Virus record (IMG/VR): IMGVR_UViG_3300044694_000083
Location: 1 to 64,000 of that record
Origin: a virus
Taxonomy: Duplodnaviria > Caudoviricetes
Strand: one strand, 5' to 3'
Length of the DNA: 64,000 nt
Shown here: positions 18,022 through 28,590 of the stretch, in pieces
Position numbering within the stretch: the stretch's first letter is position 1
Layout: the number at the start of each line of letters is the position of its first letter
Translations under genes and position numbers: made by a program
Notes under the pieces: model-generated
Databases searched by the model: none
What the model saw: the letters and a program-made list of their open reading frames with translations, nothing else
What the model was told of the DNA's origin: nothing

Positions 18022-19532
18022 TGATGGCGGTAATCGAAAACATCCCAATTCTTCAGCCACGCTACAAGGTTACGCTGTTCAAGACCGTACAGCGCGAGAC
18101 GATCGATGGCGAGGAGAAGGTATCTGTCCGTTACGGCGCCACGGCCAAGACCATCGACCTCACCCAGTTCCTGACGGACCAGTCGACGATCTCGACGTCA
18201 AAGTCCGTGCGCGAGCCGGCTGGCGGTTTCTCCATCACGGTCTCCGACCAGCCGTACTCGGTGCCGGCCGGCGTCGACACCCTGGCCGGCATCGTCGAGC
18301 CGATGGACATCGTCGAGATCCGTTTTGCGCACCATCCGAACGGCTCGTCGGAGCCACCGGTGATCATGCGCGGGTTCGTATCGGACGTGTCCAGGTCGGA
18401 GTTCGTCGACAACGATGGACGCCCGGTGCGCACGGTGACGATCGCTGGCCAGGACTACGGCAAGTTGTGGCAGATGCTGCAGCTGTTCTACGGGCCCTGG
18501 TACGTGATTGGGCAGGACATCATCTCGGCCTACGCCATGTTCGAACGGTTCGGTGCCGGCGCGAAGATCGGCCAGTCCGGTGCCGACTTCCTCAAGGAGA
18601 CCTTCGACAAGATCCTGAACCCGTACGTGAAGGACATCGTGTCGGGCAACTCGGACAACCCCAGCACGATCGAGGTGAAGGCGCTGCAGAAGCACGGCGT
18701 GACGTCGATCTCAGGAACCCAGAACCAGGAGGGCGCGCTCTACGACCTGCTGCGTAGGTTTCTGGACGTGGGCGTCTGGAACGAGCTGTTCATCACCGAG
18801 GACGATGAGAAGGTCTACTGCATCTACCGTCCGAACCCGTACCTGGACGTGCACGGCAAGCCGATCGACCCTGACACGAAGGAGCCGGTGGCCTTCAGCA
18901 GCGCCAGCACGGACCCGACGACGCTCGTCTACTATGACGTGCCAGCCGAGGATATTCGCAGCATCAACGTGTCGCGGAGCGATTCGAATGTGGCGAACTA
19001 TTACTGGGTCCGGGCGCCGCGCTACGAGATGGTCAGCGACATCTACCAGAAGCAGGCGGGCGCCACCTCGGGCGACAAGAAAACAATCGGCCTGACCGAC
19101 TACGTCAACACGAAGGGCAAGCTGTACGGCATCCGCAAGATGGAAGTCACCACTGAGATGGGTGGCGACGACGTCAGCAACACCGCATCCGGCGTGTCAG
19201 AACAGGAGAAGATCAAGCGCGATACGAGCGTGGCGAACTGGATCAAGAACCGGCGTCAGATGCTGGTCGAGATGAACCGCGACAACGTGCTGCTTGAGCG
19301 AGGCTCCATGGCGATCAAGGGCAACGAGAACATCCGCGCGGGCAATTACGTCAAGGTGCGTCGCGGCACGTTCACGGCGCTCTACTATGTCGTCCAGGTC
19401 GAGCACCAGTTTTCCCCGTTCAACAACTTCGTTTCGGTCCTGCAGGTCGATCGCGGCCTCGGCTTCGTCGAGCGCCTGCGCAAGAACGGCGGTCCGGAAT
19501 CCCCCTACTATTCAGAACAGGCGAGCTCCTGA
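18018..19532 (+). CDS. Baseplate hub protein
   Basis: ATGA overlap with tape measure stop; GNENIRAG...YYVVQVEH motif. Confidence 0.7.
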   Translation: MMMAVIENIPILQPRYKVTLFKTVQRETIDGEEKVSVRYGATAKTIDLTQFLTDQSTISTSKSVREPAGGFSITVSDQPYSVPAGVDTLAGIVEPMDIVEIRFAHHPNGSSEPPVIMRGFVSDVSRSEFVDNDGRPVRTVTIAGQDYGKLWQMLQLFYGPWYVIGQDIISAYAMFERFGAGAKIGQSGADFLKETFDKILNPYVKDIVSGNSDNPSTIEVKALQKHGVTSISGTQNQEGALYDLLRRFLDVGVWNELFITEDDEKVYCIYRPNPYLDVHGKPIDPDTKEPVAFSSASTDPTTLVYYDVPAEDIRSINVSRSDSNVANYYWVRAPRYEMVSDIYQKQAGATSGDKKTIGLTDYVNTKGKLYGIRKMEVTTEMGGDDVSNTASGVSEQEKIKRDTSVANWIKNRRQMLVEMNRDNVLLERGSMAIKGNENIRAGNYVKVRRGTFTALYYVVQVEHQFSPFNNFVSVLQVDRGLGFVERLRKNGGPESPYYSEQASS

Positions 19533-20395
19533 TGGCACTTCGATACGGCGTCGTCGTTGCGACGCACCCCGAAGATCATTCCGTCGACCTGGTGATGACG
19601 GACGACTATTCGCGCCTGGCCGGCGTGCAGGTCCTGACATCGAACGGCAACGGCGCTTATGGGCGCAACGACCTGTACTGCCCGGACGAGAAATCCGGTG
19701 ACGAGAAATGGGACATCACCAAGGCTGGGCCCAAGAACCCGGTCGCTGCGGTCGACTTCTCGGGCATTATGCCCGTGGTGACCGGCTTCCGGTACCCGCA
19801 GGTCAACCAGATGACCTTCAACGAGAAGAATCTGCGCGTCGATCGGCACGCGTCCGAGGTCTACTCGACCCTGAATGAGGCTGGCGACTTCGAAATGGCC
19901 TGGCCGAACGGGACATTTTTCCGCGTCGGTGCGAGTCCGGACCATGTCGACCTGAATGGCAAGGACACGGACGGAAAATGGGCAACCGAGAAGAACACCG
20001 GCGCGTCGATGCATCTGCGCGTGGTGCTGGGCGCCGGCAAGCTGGACCTGCATGTTGATCCGGCCGGGAATGCTACCCTGGTGCACGACGGCGACCTGGT
20101 CATCCACACCAAGGGTAAGGCCACGGTGAATGTCGACGGCACGGCGGATGTGACCGTGGGCGGCAACACCACGTTGACCACGCCGCAACTGAAGGTGGAT
20201 GCGCCGGAGTCGATATTCACCGGGCATGTGACGATTCAGAACGGACTCAACGTCTCGGGCGGTTCCGGCGCGGCGGTCGCCGGCGACGTGACGGTGACGG
20301 GCGGCGATGTGAAGGCTGATACCATCAGCCTGAAGAGCCACAAGACCAGCGGCGTCCAGCCCGGCAGCGGTACGTCGGACATCCCAGTGCCCTGA
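19532..20395 (+). CDS. Baseplate central spike (gpV-like)
   Basis: OB-fold-like N-terminus, beta repeats, C-terminal SLKSHKTSGVQPG. Confidence 0.8.
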   Translation: MALRYGVVVATHPEDHSVDLVMTDDYSRLAGVQVLTSNGNGAYGRNDLYCPDEKSGDEKWDITKAGPKNPVAAVDFSGIMPVVTGFRYPQVNQMTFNEKNLRVDRHASEVYSTLNEAGDFEMAWPNGTFFRVGASPDHVDLNGKDTDGKWATEKNTGASMHLRVVLGAGKLDLHVDPAGNATLVHDGDLVIHTKGKATVNVDGTADVTVGGNTTLTTPQLKVDAPESIFTGHVTIQNGLNVSGGSGAAVAGDVTVTGGDVKADTISLKSHKTSGVQPGSGTSDIPVP

Positions 20396-20408
20396 CCGGC
20401 ATGCCCTC

Positions 20409-20424
20409 GTCGTGACGCTACGAT
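20409..20424 (+). promoter_or_regulatory. Phage promoter motif (leaderless)
   Basis: GTCGTGAC GC TACGAT; predicted +1 is the A of ATG 20431. Confidence 0.7.
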
Positions 20425-20430
20425 TGGGGC

Positions 20431-21567
20431 ATGAACCTCACTCCGGCCAAAAGTCAGAAGGCAGAAGAGCGTCCGATCAGCTTCATCCTCGATGCGCGAG
20501 GTGGAGCTGCGGACGAGGTCATGCTGTTCATTCGACCGGAGGAGATGTCGCGGAGCAGCCCGTCGCGCACGTCCGTCAACCAGACCCTGGGCGGCGCCTG
20601 GATCGACTCGTTCGGCGAAGGCCTGGAGAGCATCAACATCTCCGGCACGCTGGGCTGGCGCGCCGGTCCTGACGGGCAGGACGGCGGCGATCGCCTGATC
20701 ACCATGCGCGACAAGACCTACACGCAATGGCACAAGCTGCGCCAGGAGGCCGTGGACCGCGGCGACGATCCCAACGACGTCAAGCTGCGTTTCGTCGACA
20801 CCCTCAACAGCTACTCCAGCGTCATCGTGCCGCTAACGTTCGAGATCCGCCGCAGCAAGAGCCGGCCTCTTCTCGCCAATTACCGGATCTCGTTCATCGC
20901 GGTGGGCAAGTCCGGCGCGCCAGGCGCCATCTCGGGCCTGCTCGGGGCCCTCGGCGGCGGGCTGCAGGGCCTCGGCCTGGATAGCTTGTTCAGCTCGCTG
21001 GGCGAGATCAATGCGGCAATCAACACGGCGAAAAATTTCGTCAACAAGACGATTCTCGGGCCCGTGACAGACTTCATGCGTCTGTCGAGCCGAGTATTCA
21101 CGGCCGTGCACGATACGATTTCGAACGGGTTGTCGCTGGCTGACCCGTTCATCATGGCCGCGCATGGTATCGCGCAAACCGGACTGAACGTGTTCCGGAC
21201 GATGGCATCGATCGCCAACATCCCTTCTGCCGCGAAGGCCGCGCTTATGCAGGTGGCCGGGGCCTACAGCAACGTGTTCTGCGTCCTGAAGAACGCCTTG
21301 CGCAAGACCCCGACCTACGAGGATTACAATCCGCTCTACGGCGCCTCGAACTGCTCGTCCACGGGCGGAGGCATGCCGCCATCCGCGTACGCGGGCCAGA
21401 ATCCGTTCTACGCTGTCAACAAGGCCGATACGGGCGTCATTGGTATTTCGCCGCAGGCCAGCTCCGCGATTTATGACCTGGCGCACCGCGACATCGTCAT
21501 CGCGCCGATGCCGCTGCCTGACATTGCGTCGTCCCTGTCCGCCGTGACTTCGGGAGTAACGTTCTGA
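20431..21567 (+). CDS. Baseplate / tail tube initiator protein
   Basis: QTLGGAWIDSFGEG..INISG and PLL..Y motifs. Confidence 0.65.
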   Translation: MNLTPAKSQKAEERPISFILDARGGAADEVMLFIRPEEMSRSSPSRTSVNQTLGGAWIDSFGEGLESINISGTLGWRAGPDGQDGGDRLITMRDKTYTQWHKLRQEAVDRGDDPNDVKLRFVDTLNSYSSVIVPLTFEIRRSKSRPLLANYRISFIAVGKSGAPGAISGLLGALGGGLQGLGLDSLFSSLGEINAAINTAKNFVNKTILGPVTDFMRLSSRVFTAVHDTISNGLSLADPFIMAAHGIAQTGLNVFRTMASIANIPSAAKAALMQVAGAYSNVFCVLKNALRKTPTYEDYNPLYGASNCSSTGGGMPPSAYAGQNPFYAVNKADTGVIGISPQASSAIYDLAHRDIVIAPMPLPDIASSLSAVTSGVTF

Positions 21568-22181
21568 TGTCCGACTTCACTCGCCAGATTTCCGGCTTCA
21601 GGTTCGTCCAGACCCAGTACGGCGACACGCTGCGCGGCGTTGCGCTGCGCGAGCTCGGCGATGCGAGCGGATGGGCGCAGCTGATCTGGTTGAACAAACT
21701 GGTTCCGCCATATCTGACCGACAATCCGGCAGAGGTGCGCGATGGTGTCCTGCTGACCGGATCGACGATCCGCGTTCCGTCGGCGAGCATCGAGGTCGAT
21801 GCGGCCGCGTTCCCGGATGAGGTGTATCAGGCGGACTGCCAGCTGGTTGCTGGCGGCTTCCAGTTCCAGAACGGCGACTTCGCCCTGGTCTCCGGGCGAG
21901 CCAATCTGCGGCAGGCGCTGTCCCACCGAATCGTGACTGACCACGGCGAGCTGCCGTTCCACCCGCGTTACGGCGCGAACCTGGGGCGCCTGATCGGCAC
22001 CTTGTCGAGTCCGGTGCGCGCGCTGGTCGCGGCCGACTACGTCGACGAGGCGCTGCGACAGGAGTCGCGAGTCAAAGCCGTGTCCAAGGTAACGGCCGAG
22101 CCAGTAGGTGACCGGATCTCGATTTCTGCGGAGGTTGTTCCGATCACCGGCGTCACCATCAACGTTTCCAAGGCTGTGTAA
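21567..22181 (+). CDS. LysM-like plus gp25/gpW-like baseplate wedge protein
   Basis: GDTLRGVALRELGD...W..L...N; GELPFHPRYG...ESRV. Confidence 0.75.
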   Translation: MSDFTRQISGFRFVQTQYGDTLRGVALRELGDASGWAQLIWLNKLVPPYLTDNPAEVRDGVLLTGSTIRVPSASIEVDAAAFPDEVYQADCQLVAGGFQFQNGDFALVSGRANLRQALSHRIVTDHGELPFHPRYGANLGRLIGTLSSPVRALVAADYVDEALRQESRVKAVSKVTAEPVGDRISISAEVVPITGVTINVSKAV

Positions 22182-23296
22182 TGGCATTTCAAATCAAGGA
22201 TTTCACGTCGATCGTCGCCAGCATGGTCAACTGGATGAAGGCGACGCAGCAGAAACTGACCGACTTCAACGTTGGCTCGGTGGCGCGCACGCTGGTGGAG
22301 GCGCCGGCCGCCGAGATCGACGAGCTCTATCAGCAGATGTTCATCGGCCTGAAGGAGGCTATACCTGTTTCCGTCTACAACAGCTTCGGGTTTGATGCGG
22401 TCACGGAACTGCCGGCCACCGGCCTTATCCGCGTCCAGGTTACCGCTGCGGCCGTACCCATTACCATTCCAGCCGGGACAACTTTCTCGCTCGCCTTCGG
22501 GGATGTCACCTATTCATCGAACAACGATGTGGTGATCGCGGCCGGCAGCACCTTCGCTGACGTGTTGGTGACCTGCTCGGTGCCTGGCGCTGCCGGTAAT
22601 ATCCTGGCCGGCCAGTCATTCTCAGCCGAGCCGGCGATCGGCGGCTTCCAGTCCGCCGAGAACCTGGCGGCCTTCGTCAGCGGCGTTGATACGGAAAACG
22701 AGCAGGATCGCAAAAACCGGTTCAATGCCTTCATCGCGGCGCTGCCACGCGGCACGGTCGCTGCGCTCACGTACGGCCTGAATCTCGCCTACCTGACCGA
22801 CGCGAACGGCAACAAGACCGAGCGCGTGGTCTCCTCGTCGATCATCGAGCCATGGGTCGATGACGACACCCAGCCTATCGCCCTCGTGAACTGCTACATC
22901 CACAACGGATCCGGCGGGACATCGGGCGACCTGGTCAATCGCGCGCGCGAGGTGATCTACGGCTACTACGACGACAGCGGCATGGCCGTGCCGGGCTGGA
23001 AGGCTGCCGGTGTCAGGGTCGATGTCTTTCCTGCGACCGAGGTTCTGGTGGACGTCACGGGGGTTCTCACGGCTGTCGCTGGATACGACAAATCAGCGCT
23101 GATCGTCGAAGCAGAGCAGGTGATCTACACCTATATCCTGTCGCTCGCGATTGGCGCACCGGTCATCAAGTCCGAGCTCATCGCCCTGGTGATGGGCATC
23201 GATGGCGTGTTCAACGTCACGTTCTCCGACCCGGCCGATGACGTGCTGGCGGATCGACAGACCAAACTCATGCCGGGCGCGATCGCGCTGTCCTGA
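22181..23296 (+). CDS. Baseplate J-like wedge protein
   Basis: DFNVGSVARTL; G..GN; G.D.E...R.R...RGT. Confidence 0.85.
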   Translation: MAFQIKDFTSIVASMVNWMKATQQKLTDFNVGSVARTLVEAPAAEIDELYQQMFIGLKEAIPVSVYNSFGFDAVTELPATGLIRVQVTAAAVPITIPAGTTFSLAFGDVTYSSNNDVVIAAGSTFADVLVTCSVPGAAGNILAGQSFSAEPAIGGFQSAENLAAFVSGVDTENEQDRKNRFNAFIAALPRGTVAALTYGLNLAYLTDANGNKTERVVSSSIIEPWVDDDTQPIALVNCYIHNGSGGTSGDLVNRAREVIYGYYDDSGMAVPGWKAAGVRVDVFPATEVLVDVTGVLTAVAGYDKSALIVEAEQVIYTYILSLAIGAPVIKSELIALVMGIDGVFNVTFSDPADDVLADRQTKLMPGAIALS

Positions 23297-24498
23297 TGAA
23301 ACTGACCAGAAAGCTTCTCTCTTTCCTCCACCGGGTGTTCGACAAGGACCCGGCGCCGTTCCTGGCCCTTCGCCTGCGCTATGCTGGGACAGGGATGACC
23401 TGGTCGGTCTCGAGTGCGTGTCTCACGACCGTTCCGGTGGGAGGCATTGGGTCGGCGCTTGCGGTTGACCTGACCGAATTCACGATCGGCGAGTTGGTCA
23501 ACTACCTGGCGGCTCAGCCCGGGTACTCGGTCGAGTTTGCAGATCGGTCGGAGCTATCGCTGATGAGTGCCGCTGTGCTGCTGGATGCGGACGGCGACCA
23601 GGACCAATCCAACGGCGACCACCTGTACGGCTACACGAACGTTCTATGGTCGTACATGGAGGCCAATGCGCGGGAGCTCGAGGAGGCGTCTCAGCAAATC
23701 GACCAGATGCTGCTCCAGATGAGCACGACAACGGCCAGCGGCGTCTGGCTGGACGAGTTGGGGAGCTATTACGCGGTGCCGCGGCTTCCTGGGGAGCAGG
23801 ATGCACCCTACGGGCTGCGCATTATTGCCGAGGTGCTTCGCCCGCGCGGAAATAACATTGCCATCGAGGCGGCGATCACCGCCTATACGGGCCAGGCCGC
23901 CAAGGTCACGGATGTGACCGTCTTCACGCCGCTCAAACCCATGTTCGATGCTGAGGACAATTTCGACGGCAGTAAATTCTACAGCTCGACGTCGTCGCCG
24001 CTCTACGGGCTGTTTGACGTCGAGTACGGCTACGACATCACCAACGGCGGCGACATCGGCGGATTCGCGGATGTCGTGCGCGGTTTGATCGATCGCCTGC
24101 GCGACGCCGGCACGCATTTGCGCTCCCTGTCGCTGAAGGGCTCCGTTCTGTCCGACAGCGTGTCCGCCCCGACCGACACGAGCGGCATGGCACTGGGCGG
24201 CGCGATCAGTCTTTCGGATGCGGCCGCTGCACCAGCCGACTCCTCATCGATGGCGATGGCGACCGCGTCCATGACTGACTCGATTCCAGCGCGGCAGGAC
24301 GGACTCGGGCTGGTAGTGACGACACAATACAAATTCAGCGGGCTCCGCCGGTTCGATGGGGTGATTTCCTATTGTGGCACCAGTACCACTGCGGAGGACG
24401 TGGGAACTTCGGGTGACGTCCCGTTTAGCGCGCTTTTACATGCTGACGGCTCGATAACTAGCAACGGCGCTGAAGTCGCCGATGGATTGATTGGATAA
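23296..24498 (+). CDS. Baseplate wedge protein (gpI-like)
   Basis: TASGVWLDELGSYYAVPRLPGEQD motif. Confidence 0.7.
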   Translation: MKLTRKLLSFLHRVFDKDPAPFLALRLRYAGTGMTWSVSSACLTTVPVGGIGSALAVDLTEFTIGELVNYLAAQPGYSVEFADRSELSLMSAAVLLDADGDQDQSNGDHLYGYTNVLWSYMEANARELEEASQQIDQMLLQMSTTTASGVWLDELGSYYAVPRLPGEQDAPYGLRIIAEVLRPRGNNIAIEAAITAYTGQAAKVTDVTVFTPLKPMFDAEDNFDGSKFYSSTSSPLYGLFDVEYGYDITNGGDIGGFADVVRGLIDRLRDAGTHLRSLSLKGSVLSDSVSAPTDTSGMALGGAISLSDAAAAPADSSSMAMATASMTDSIPARQDGLGLVVTTQYKFSGLRRFDGVISYCGTSTTAEDVGTSGDVPFSALLHADGSITSNGAEVADGLIG

Positions 24499-24500
24499 GC

Positions 24501-26549
24501 ATGAACTACCTCATCCCTACCCCTGGTGCAGACAATGTCCCCCAGATCGAGACCACCACGCCGGTACTCGGCGGCCCTGGCGGCCCACTGAACCAGCAGG
24601 CGCAGGCGCTGCTTAACAGGGTAGCGAACGTCGAGCAGAACATCGCTGTTATTCCGGACATGCAAGCTTCGCTCAATGCGTTGCAATGCGCCGATTTTAC
24701 CGCGCTGCGCGCGTATAACGGGGCGCGCATTTCTGCCTATGTCACGAAGCAGTACGTGGGTGGCATGTTTGTTCGAGATGCTACCGACAGCGTGACGGCC
24801 GACGACAATGCGCTGACGATCGTGGATAGCAGCGGGCGTCGCTGGAAACGTGTCTTCGACGGTCCGATGAATATCCTGTGGTTCGGTGCCGATCCGAGCT
24901 ACGCGACCGACGCCACCGCCGCATTCCAGGCCGCGATTCTGGCCGGCTCGTGGAACGGCACGCAGATTTATGTCCCGAACGGCACCTACCGCATCGAGGG
25001 GACGATCTACATCGGCACGTATGCCGGCACGCAAAACTGCTACAGCGTCACGTTGACGGGTGAGAGCACGCATGGCTCTGTGCTGCTGCGTCCGAAGAAC
25101 ACGGGCACCGGCCCGATCCTTACCGTCAGCGGCTTCCACAACGTTGTCGAGAAACTGACGTTAATCAGCGAAGTCAAGGCGGACAACTCCGATTATTCGG
25201 CGTCCCATGGCCTGTATATTCGTGGGAACCCGCAGCCCGGCACGAACGGCAACGGCACGAAGTACAACAAGTTCCGCCACCTGAAGATTTACCGGCTCAG
25301 CACTGGCCTGCAGATCGGCGACTACGACACGGACGGCAAAGACCCGGACATCGAAACCAACAGTTTCGAGGCCCTCGAGGTCAGCAACTGCAATACCGGC
25401 TGGTACATCAACGGCCAGAACATCCTGCACAATCCGGCATATGCCTGCCATACGGTGGACTGCAGGGATTACCTGGTTCACCAGAAGCGCGGCGGCGATG
25501 CGTGGTTCATCCGTTCGTATTTCGGCGGTCTGTACGATTTTCTGACGGGTAATTACAACGTCCCGTCCACGTCGAAAATTTTCATCGAAGCCGGCGTGGT
25601 CGGCCTGATTGCTTGTCGCTCCGAGTGCTGGCCATCGACGACTGGCAACCTGACGCCGCGCTACGCGCTGAACGTCACGTCGACGGATTCGAAAATTATT
25701 TCGGTCCAGGACACGACGTTCACGACCCGCGACAACTCGAATACGGAACCGAGCATCAAGCTGTCCGGCCAAGGTTCGGGCGGCAACGCGGCATGCAAGG
25801 CCAGCCTGCGCGGCAATACGTTCTACGGTTACGTCGAGATCAACACCATAGACGTGTTCTCGATGAGTAACGTATACCTGGGTACCGCCAGTGGCGGTAA
25901 CGGGGTCGTCAATGGACGGCTGCTGTCGGCCAACCAGAAAACCCAGTTGTTCCGTGACGTGTTCCTGGATTCGAACCAGGAGCTCGAATTTACCGGAATG
26001 AAGGTCAAGCGCAACTCGACCGCGCAATTCAAGCTTGAGCGGGCTGCCGTGGCAGTGAACTCCGAATGGCTGGGGACGCAGCTGTACGACGAGCCAGGGC
26101 TGCTGTGGGGGCGCTACGGTGAACGGGTCACGAACGCGACGGCGGGGCAAGAGTCGGCGACGTTGCTGTTGGCCTCCAGGCGCGACGGGGGATTCCCGTC
26201 CGTCGGGCTGTCGTTTGGCACGTCGGCCCCAACGAAGGGCGTCTGGCAACTTGGCGACCGTGTCTTGCACAGCGCTCCCGCTGTTGGCTCCCCCAAGGGC
26301 TGGATCAATACCGCAACAGGCGCCGCAAGCAGCACGACGCGGTCCGATGCCACCGTCTACGCCGCGAATGTCTACGCCAAGTGGCCGACCGGTAATACCG
26401 TCTGGGAGTGCACCACGGCCGGCACCAGCACGACCGGCGCGCCAGACATCACCGGCAAGACGGTTGGACAGACCGTCACGGACGGCACTGTCGTCTGGAC
26501 GATGCGATCCACCACGCAGGCGAACTTCGTGAGCGAGGGCAATCTCTAA
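24501..26549 (+). CDS. Tailspike / depolymerase with pectate-lyase-like beta-helix
   Basis: GRRWKR, WFGA...DATAAFQAAI...IYVPNGTY. Confidence 0.8.
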   Translation: MNYLIPTPGADNVPQIETTTPVLGGPGGPLNQQAQALLNRVANVEQNIAVIPDMQASLNALQCADFTALRAYNGARISAYVTKQYVGGMFVRDATDSVTADDNALTIVDSSGRRWKRVFDGPMNILWFGADPSYATDATAAFQAAILAGSWNGTQIYVPNGTYRIEGTIYIGTYAGTQNCYSVTLTGESTHGSVLLRPKNTGTGPILTVSGFHNVVEKLTLISEVKADNSDYSASHGLYIRGNPQPGTNGNGTKYNKFRHLKIYRLSTGLQIGDYDTDGKDPDIETNSFEALEVSNCNTGWYINGQNILHNPAYACHTVDCRDYLVHQKRGGDAWFIRSYFGGLYDFLTGNYNVPSTSKIFIEAGVVGLIACRSECWPSTTGNLTPRYALNVTSTDSKIISVQDTTFTTRDNSNTEPSIKLSGQGSGGNAACKASLRGNTFYGYVEINTIDVFSMSNVYLGTASGGNGVVNGRLLSANQKTQLFRDVFLDSNQELEFTGMKVKRNSTAQFKLERAAVAVNSEWLGTQLYDEPGLLWGRYGERVTNATAGQESATLLLASRRDGGFPSVGLSFGTSAPTKGVWQLGDRVLHSAPAVGSPKGWINTATGAASSTTRSDATVYAANVYAKWPTGNTVWECTTAGTSTTGAPDITGKTVGQTVTDGTVVWTMRSTTQANFVSEGNL

Positions 26550-26568
26550 CCGCCGCCTGTCATCCGTC

Positions 26569-26610
26569 GTCGTGACACGACAATGGTCTCCAATCATCGG
26601 AGACCATTGT
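26569..26610 (+). promoter_or_regulatory. Phage promoter motif overlapping an RBS-occluding 12-bp inverted repeat
   Basis: GTCGTGAC AC GACAAT; ACAATGGTCTCC (26580-26591) / GGAGACCATTGT (26599-26610). Confidence 0.7.
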
Positions 26611-27058
26611 GAGCATCCAACTTTCCAGCCTGGCCGAGCAACCACGTGGCGAGTTTCAGCTGCGCGTCTATCGCGGCGGCGATCTCGTCGAGGAGTGGGT
26701 CGAAAAAAACCTGATCGTCGACGGCTCGAAGTTTGCGCTCGCGCACCTGCTGGGCGGTGACGTCACCGGCAACAGCGTGAAGCAGATCGCCTTCGGCACC
26801 AGCGGCACCGCGCCGGCATCGGGCAACACGTCGATCACCAACTCCTACCCGAAGTTGATCGACTCTGTCACTTATCCGGCCAGCAACCAGGTGTCGTTCA
26901 ACTTCTCGCTGGGTACCGGCGAGGCGAATGGCAAGGCAATCATGGAATTCGGGCTGCTGACTGAGGTGGGCACACTGTTCGCCCGCAAGGTGCGCGTCTC
27001 CGCCCTCAACAAGGAGTCGGATATTTCGCTGTCCGGGTCCTGGATCATTTCATTCTAA
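26609..27058 (+). CDS. Baseplate fibre-attachment protein
   Basis: NLIV..G, IAFGT, EANG..I.EFGL...LFARK. Confidence 0.65.
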   Translation: MSIQLSSLAEQPRGEFQLRVYRGGDLVEEWVEKNLIVDGSKFALAHLLGGDVTGNSVKQIAFGTSGTAPASGNTSITNSYPKLIDSVTYPASNQVSFNFSLGTGEANGKAIMEFGLLTEVGTLFARKVRVSALNKESDISLSGSWIISF

Positions 27059-27067
27059 AGGGCGCGC

Positions 27068-28576
27068 ATGGCCAACCTCACAGAAGTCGTCAACTATGAC
27101 GCCGGCGTCTACCAGCTGGAAACGACCGACCCCGTCCAGGGCGGCCCCAGCGGCATTGCGAATTCGCCGCTAAAGAACCTGGCGAACCGCACGGCCTGGC
27201 TGAAAAAACACGTCGACGACCTGGAATCGGGCGCGACCATCCCGCCAGGCATCGCCAAGGTGGACAGCCAAACCTTCACCGGCACGCCGAAGGTACCGAC
27301 AGCCCCGATGGGTGATCGGAGCCTGCTCATTTCGAACACTACCTTCGTGCAAGACACGGCGCACGGCACGCTGTCGAAGAACGTCGCGGGCAATACCAAT
27401 GTCACCTTGGCGGCACAAGAAGCCGGATACGCCATCCTGGTGCTGACCGGCGCACTGACCGGCAACATCGACGTGATAGTGCCTGCCACGTCGCACAGCT
27501 TCATCGTCGACAATCGCACCACGGGTGCCTACACGCTGAGGGTCAAGACGGCCGCTGGCACCGGCATCTACATCACGCAGGGCAAGCGTCAGGAGGTGTT
27601 CTGCGATGGCACGAACGTGCTGCAGTCGACGACCGATTTTACCGATACGGCCCTTACGGGTAACCCGACCGCGCCGACTGCGGCATCAGGCTCGAACGGT
27701 AGCAGTGTCGCCACGACGGCGTTCGTCAACAATGCGATCGACGGCATTGCAACGATCAACGTAGCGGGAGGCTCCGACGTCACCGCCACGGTTGCGCAGG
27801 CTGGATCTGGCATCCTGAACCTCACGGGGATCCTGACGGCCAACATCAACTTCATTCTTCCGACGCAGAGCGGCCAGTGGATCATCGCCAACAACGCCAC
27901 CGGTTCGTTCAACATCACCGCGAAGCTGGCGACCGGCACTGGTGTCGTGCTGCCGCAGGGCCTGGCCGTGGTCGTCTACTCGGACGGAACGAATGTCTAT
28001 CTCGCGAGCTCGGCCGGCCAGAACTCGTTCAAACCGCAGGTGTTCAATCCGTCGGCCGGTACCACCTCACTGACAATCGTCGGCGGCTACACCCCGGGCA
28101 ACATCATCGTCAAGAAGAATGGCGTCTGGCTCGATGAGGCGGACTACACGGCGACGAACGGTACGACTGTGGTTCTTAACGTCGCGACCATCGCGGGCGA
28201 CAAGGTCACCGTCTACATCTTCTCGTCGTTCCAGGTGGCGAACGCGGTAACGACGAGCCAGTACGCAGCTGACTTCCTGTCCCTGAAGGCCACGAATGGC
28301 TATCAGAAGCTGCCGAACGGGATGATTATCCAGTGGGGCACTGTTACGCCGCCCGCATATACGACGACCGGAGCCTTCCAGACCACTCCATTCCTGTTTC
28401 CGATTGCTTTTCCGAATGGAGTTGCGTCGTGCGTTGGCACGCTGAGCGCGGGCAATTCGGGATTGCAATACGTGAACTTGTCAATCGAAGCGGTTTCGAA
28501 AACCGGTGCAAATGTGATTTATGCGTCGGGTGGTGGTAACACTGCGATTGTCGCTTACATTGCAATTGGATGGTAA
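27068..28576 (+). CDS. Tail fibre protein
   Basis: LETTDPV.GG..N..LANRT anchor; FTGTPKVPT repeats; NGYQKLPNG.IIQWG...FPIAFPN...AIG tip. Confidence 0.85.
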   Translation: MANLTEVVNYDAGVYQLETTDPVQGGPSGIANSPLKNLANRTAWLKKHVDDLESGATIPPGIAKVDSQTFTGTPKVPTAPMGDRSLLISNTTFVQDTAHGTLSKNVAGNTNVTLAAQEAGYAILVLTGALTGNIDVIVPATSHSFIVDNRTTGAYTLRVKTAAGTGIYITQGKRQEVFCDGTNVLQSTTDFTDTALTGNPTAPTAASGSNGSSVATTAFVNNAIDGIATINVAGGSDVTATVAQAGSGILNLTGILTANINFILPTQSGQWIIANNATGSFNITAKLATGTGVVLPQGLAVVVYSDGTNVYLASSAGQNSFKPQVFNPSAGTTSLTIVGGYTPGNIIVKKNGVWLDEADYTATNGTTVVLNVATIAGDKVTVYIFSSFQVANAVTTSQYAADFLSLKATNGYQKLPNGMIIQWGTVTPPAYTTTGAFQTTPFLFPIAFPNGVASCVGTLSAGNSGLQYVNLSIEAVSKTGANVIYASGGGNTAIVAYIAIGW

Positions 28577-28590
28577 AAGGTAAATCACAA

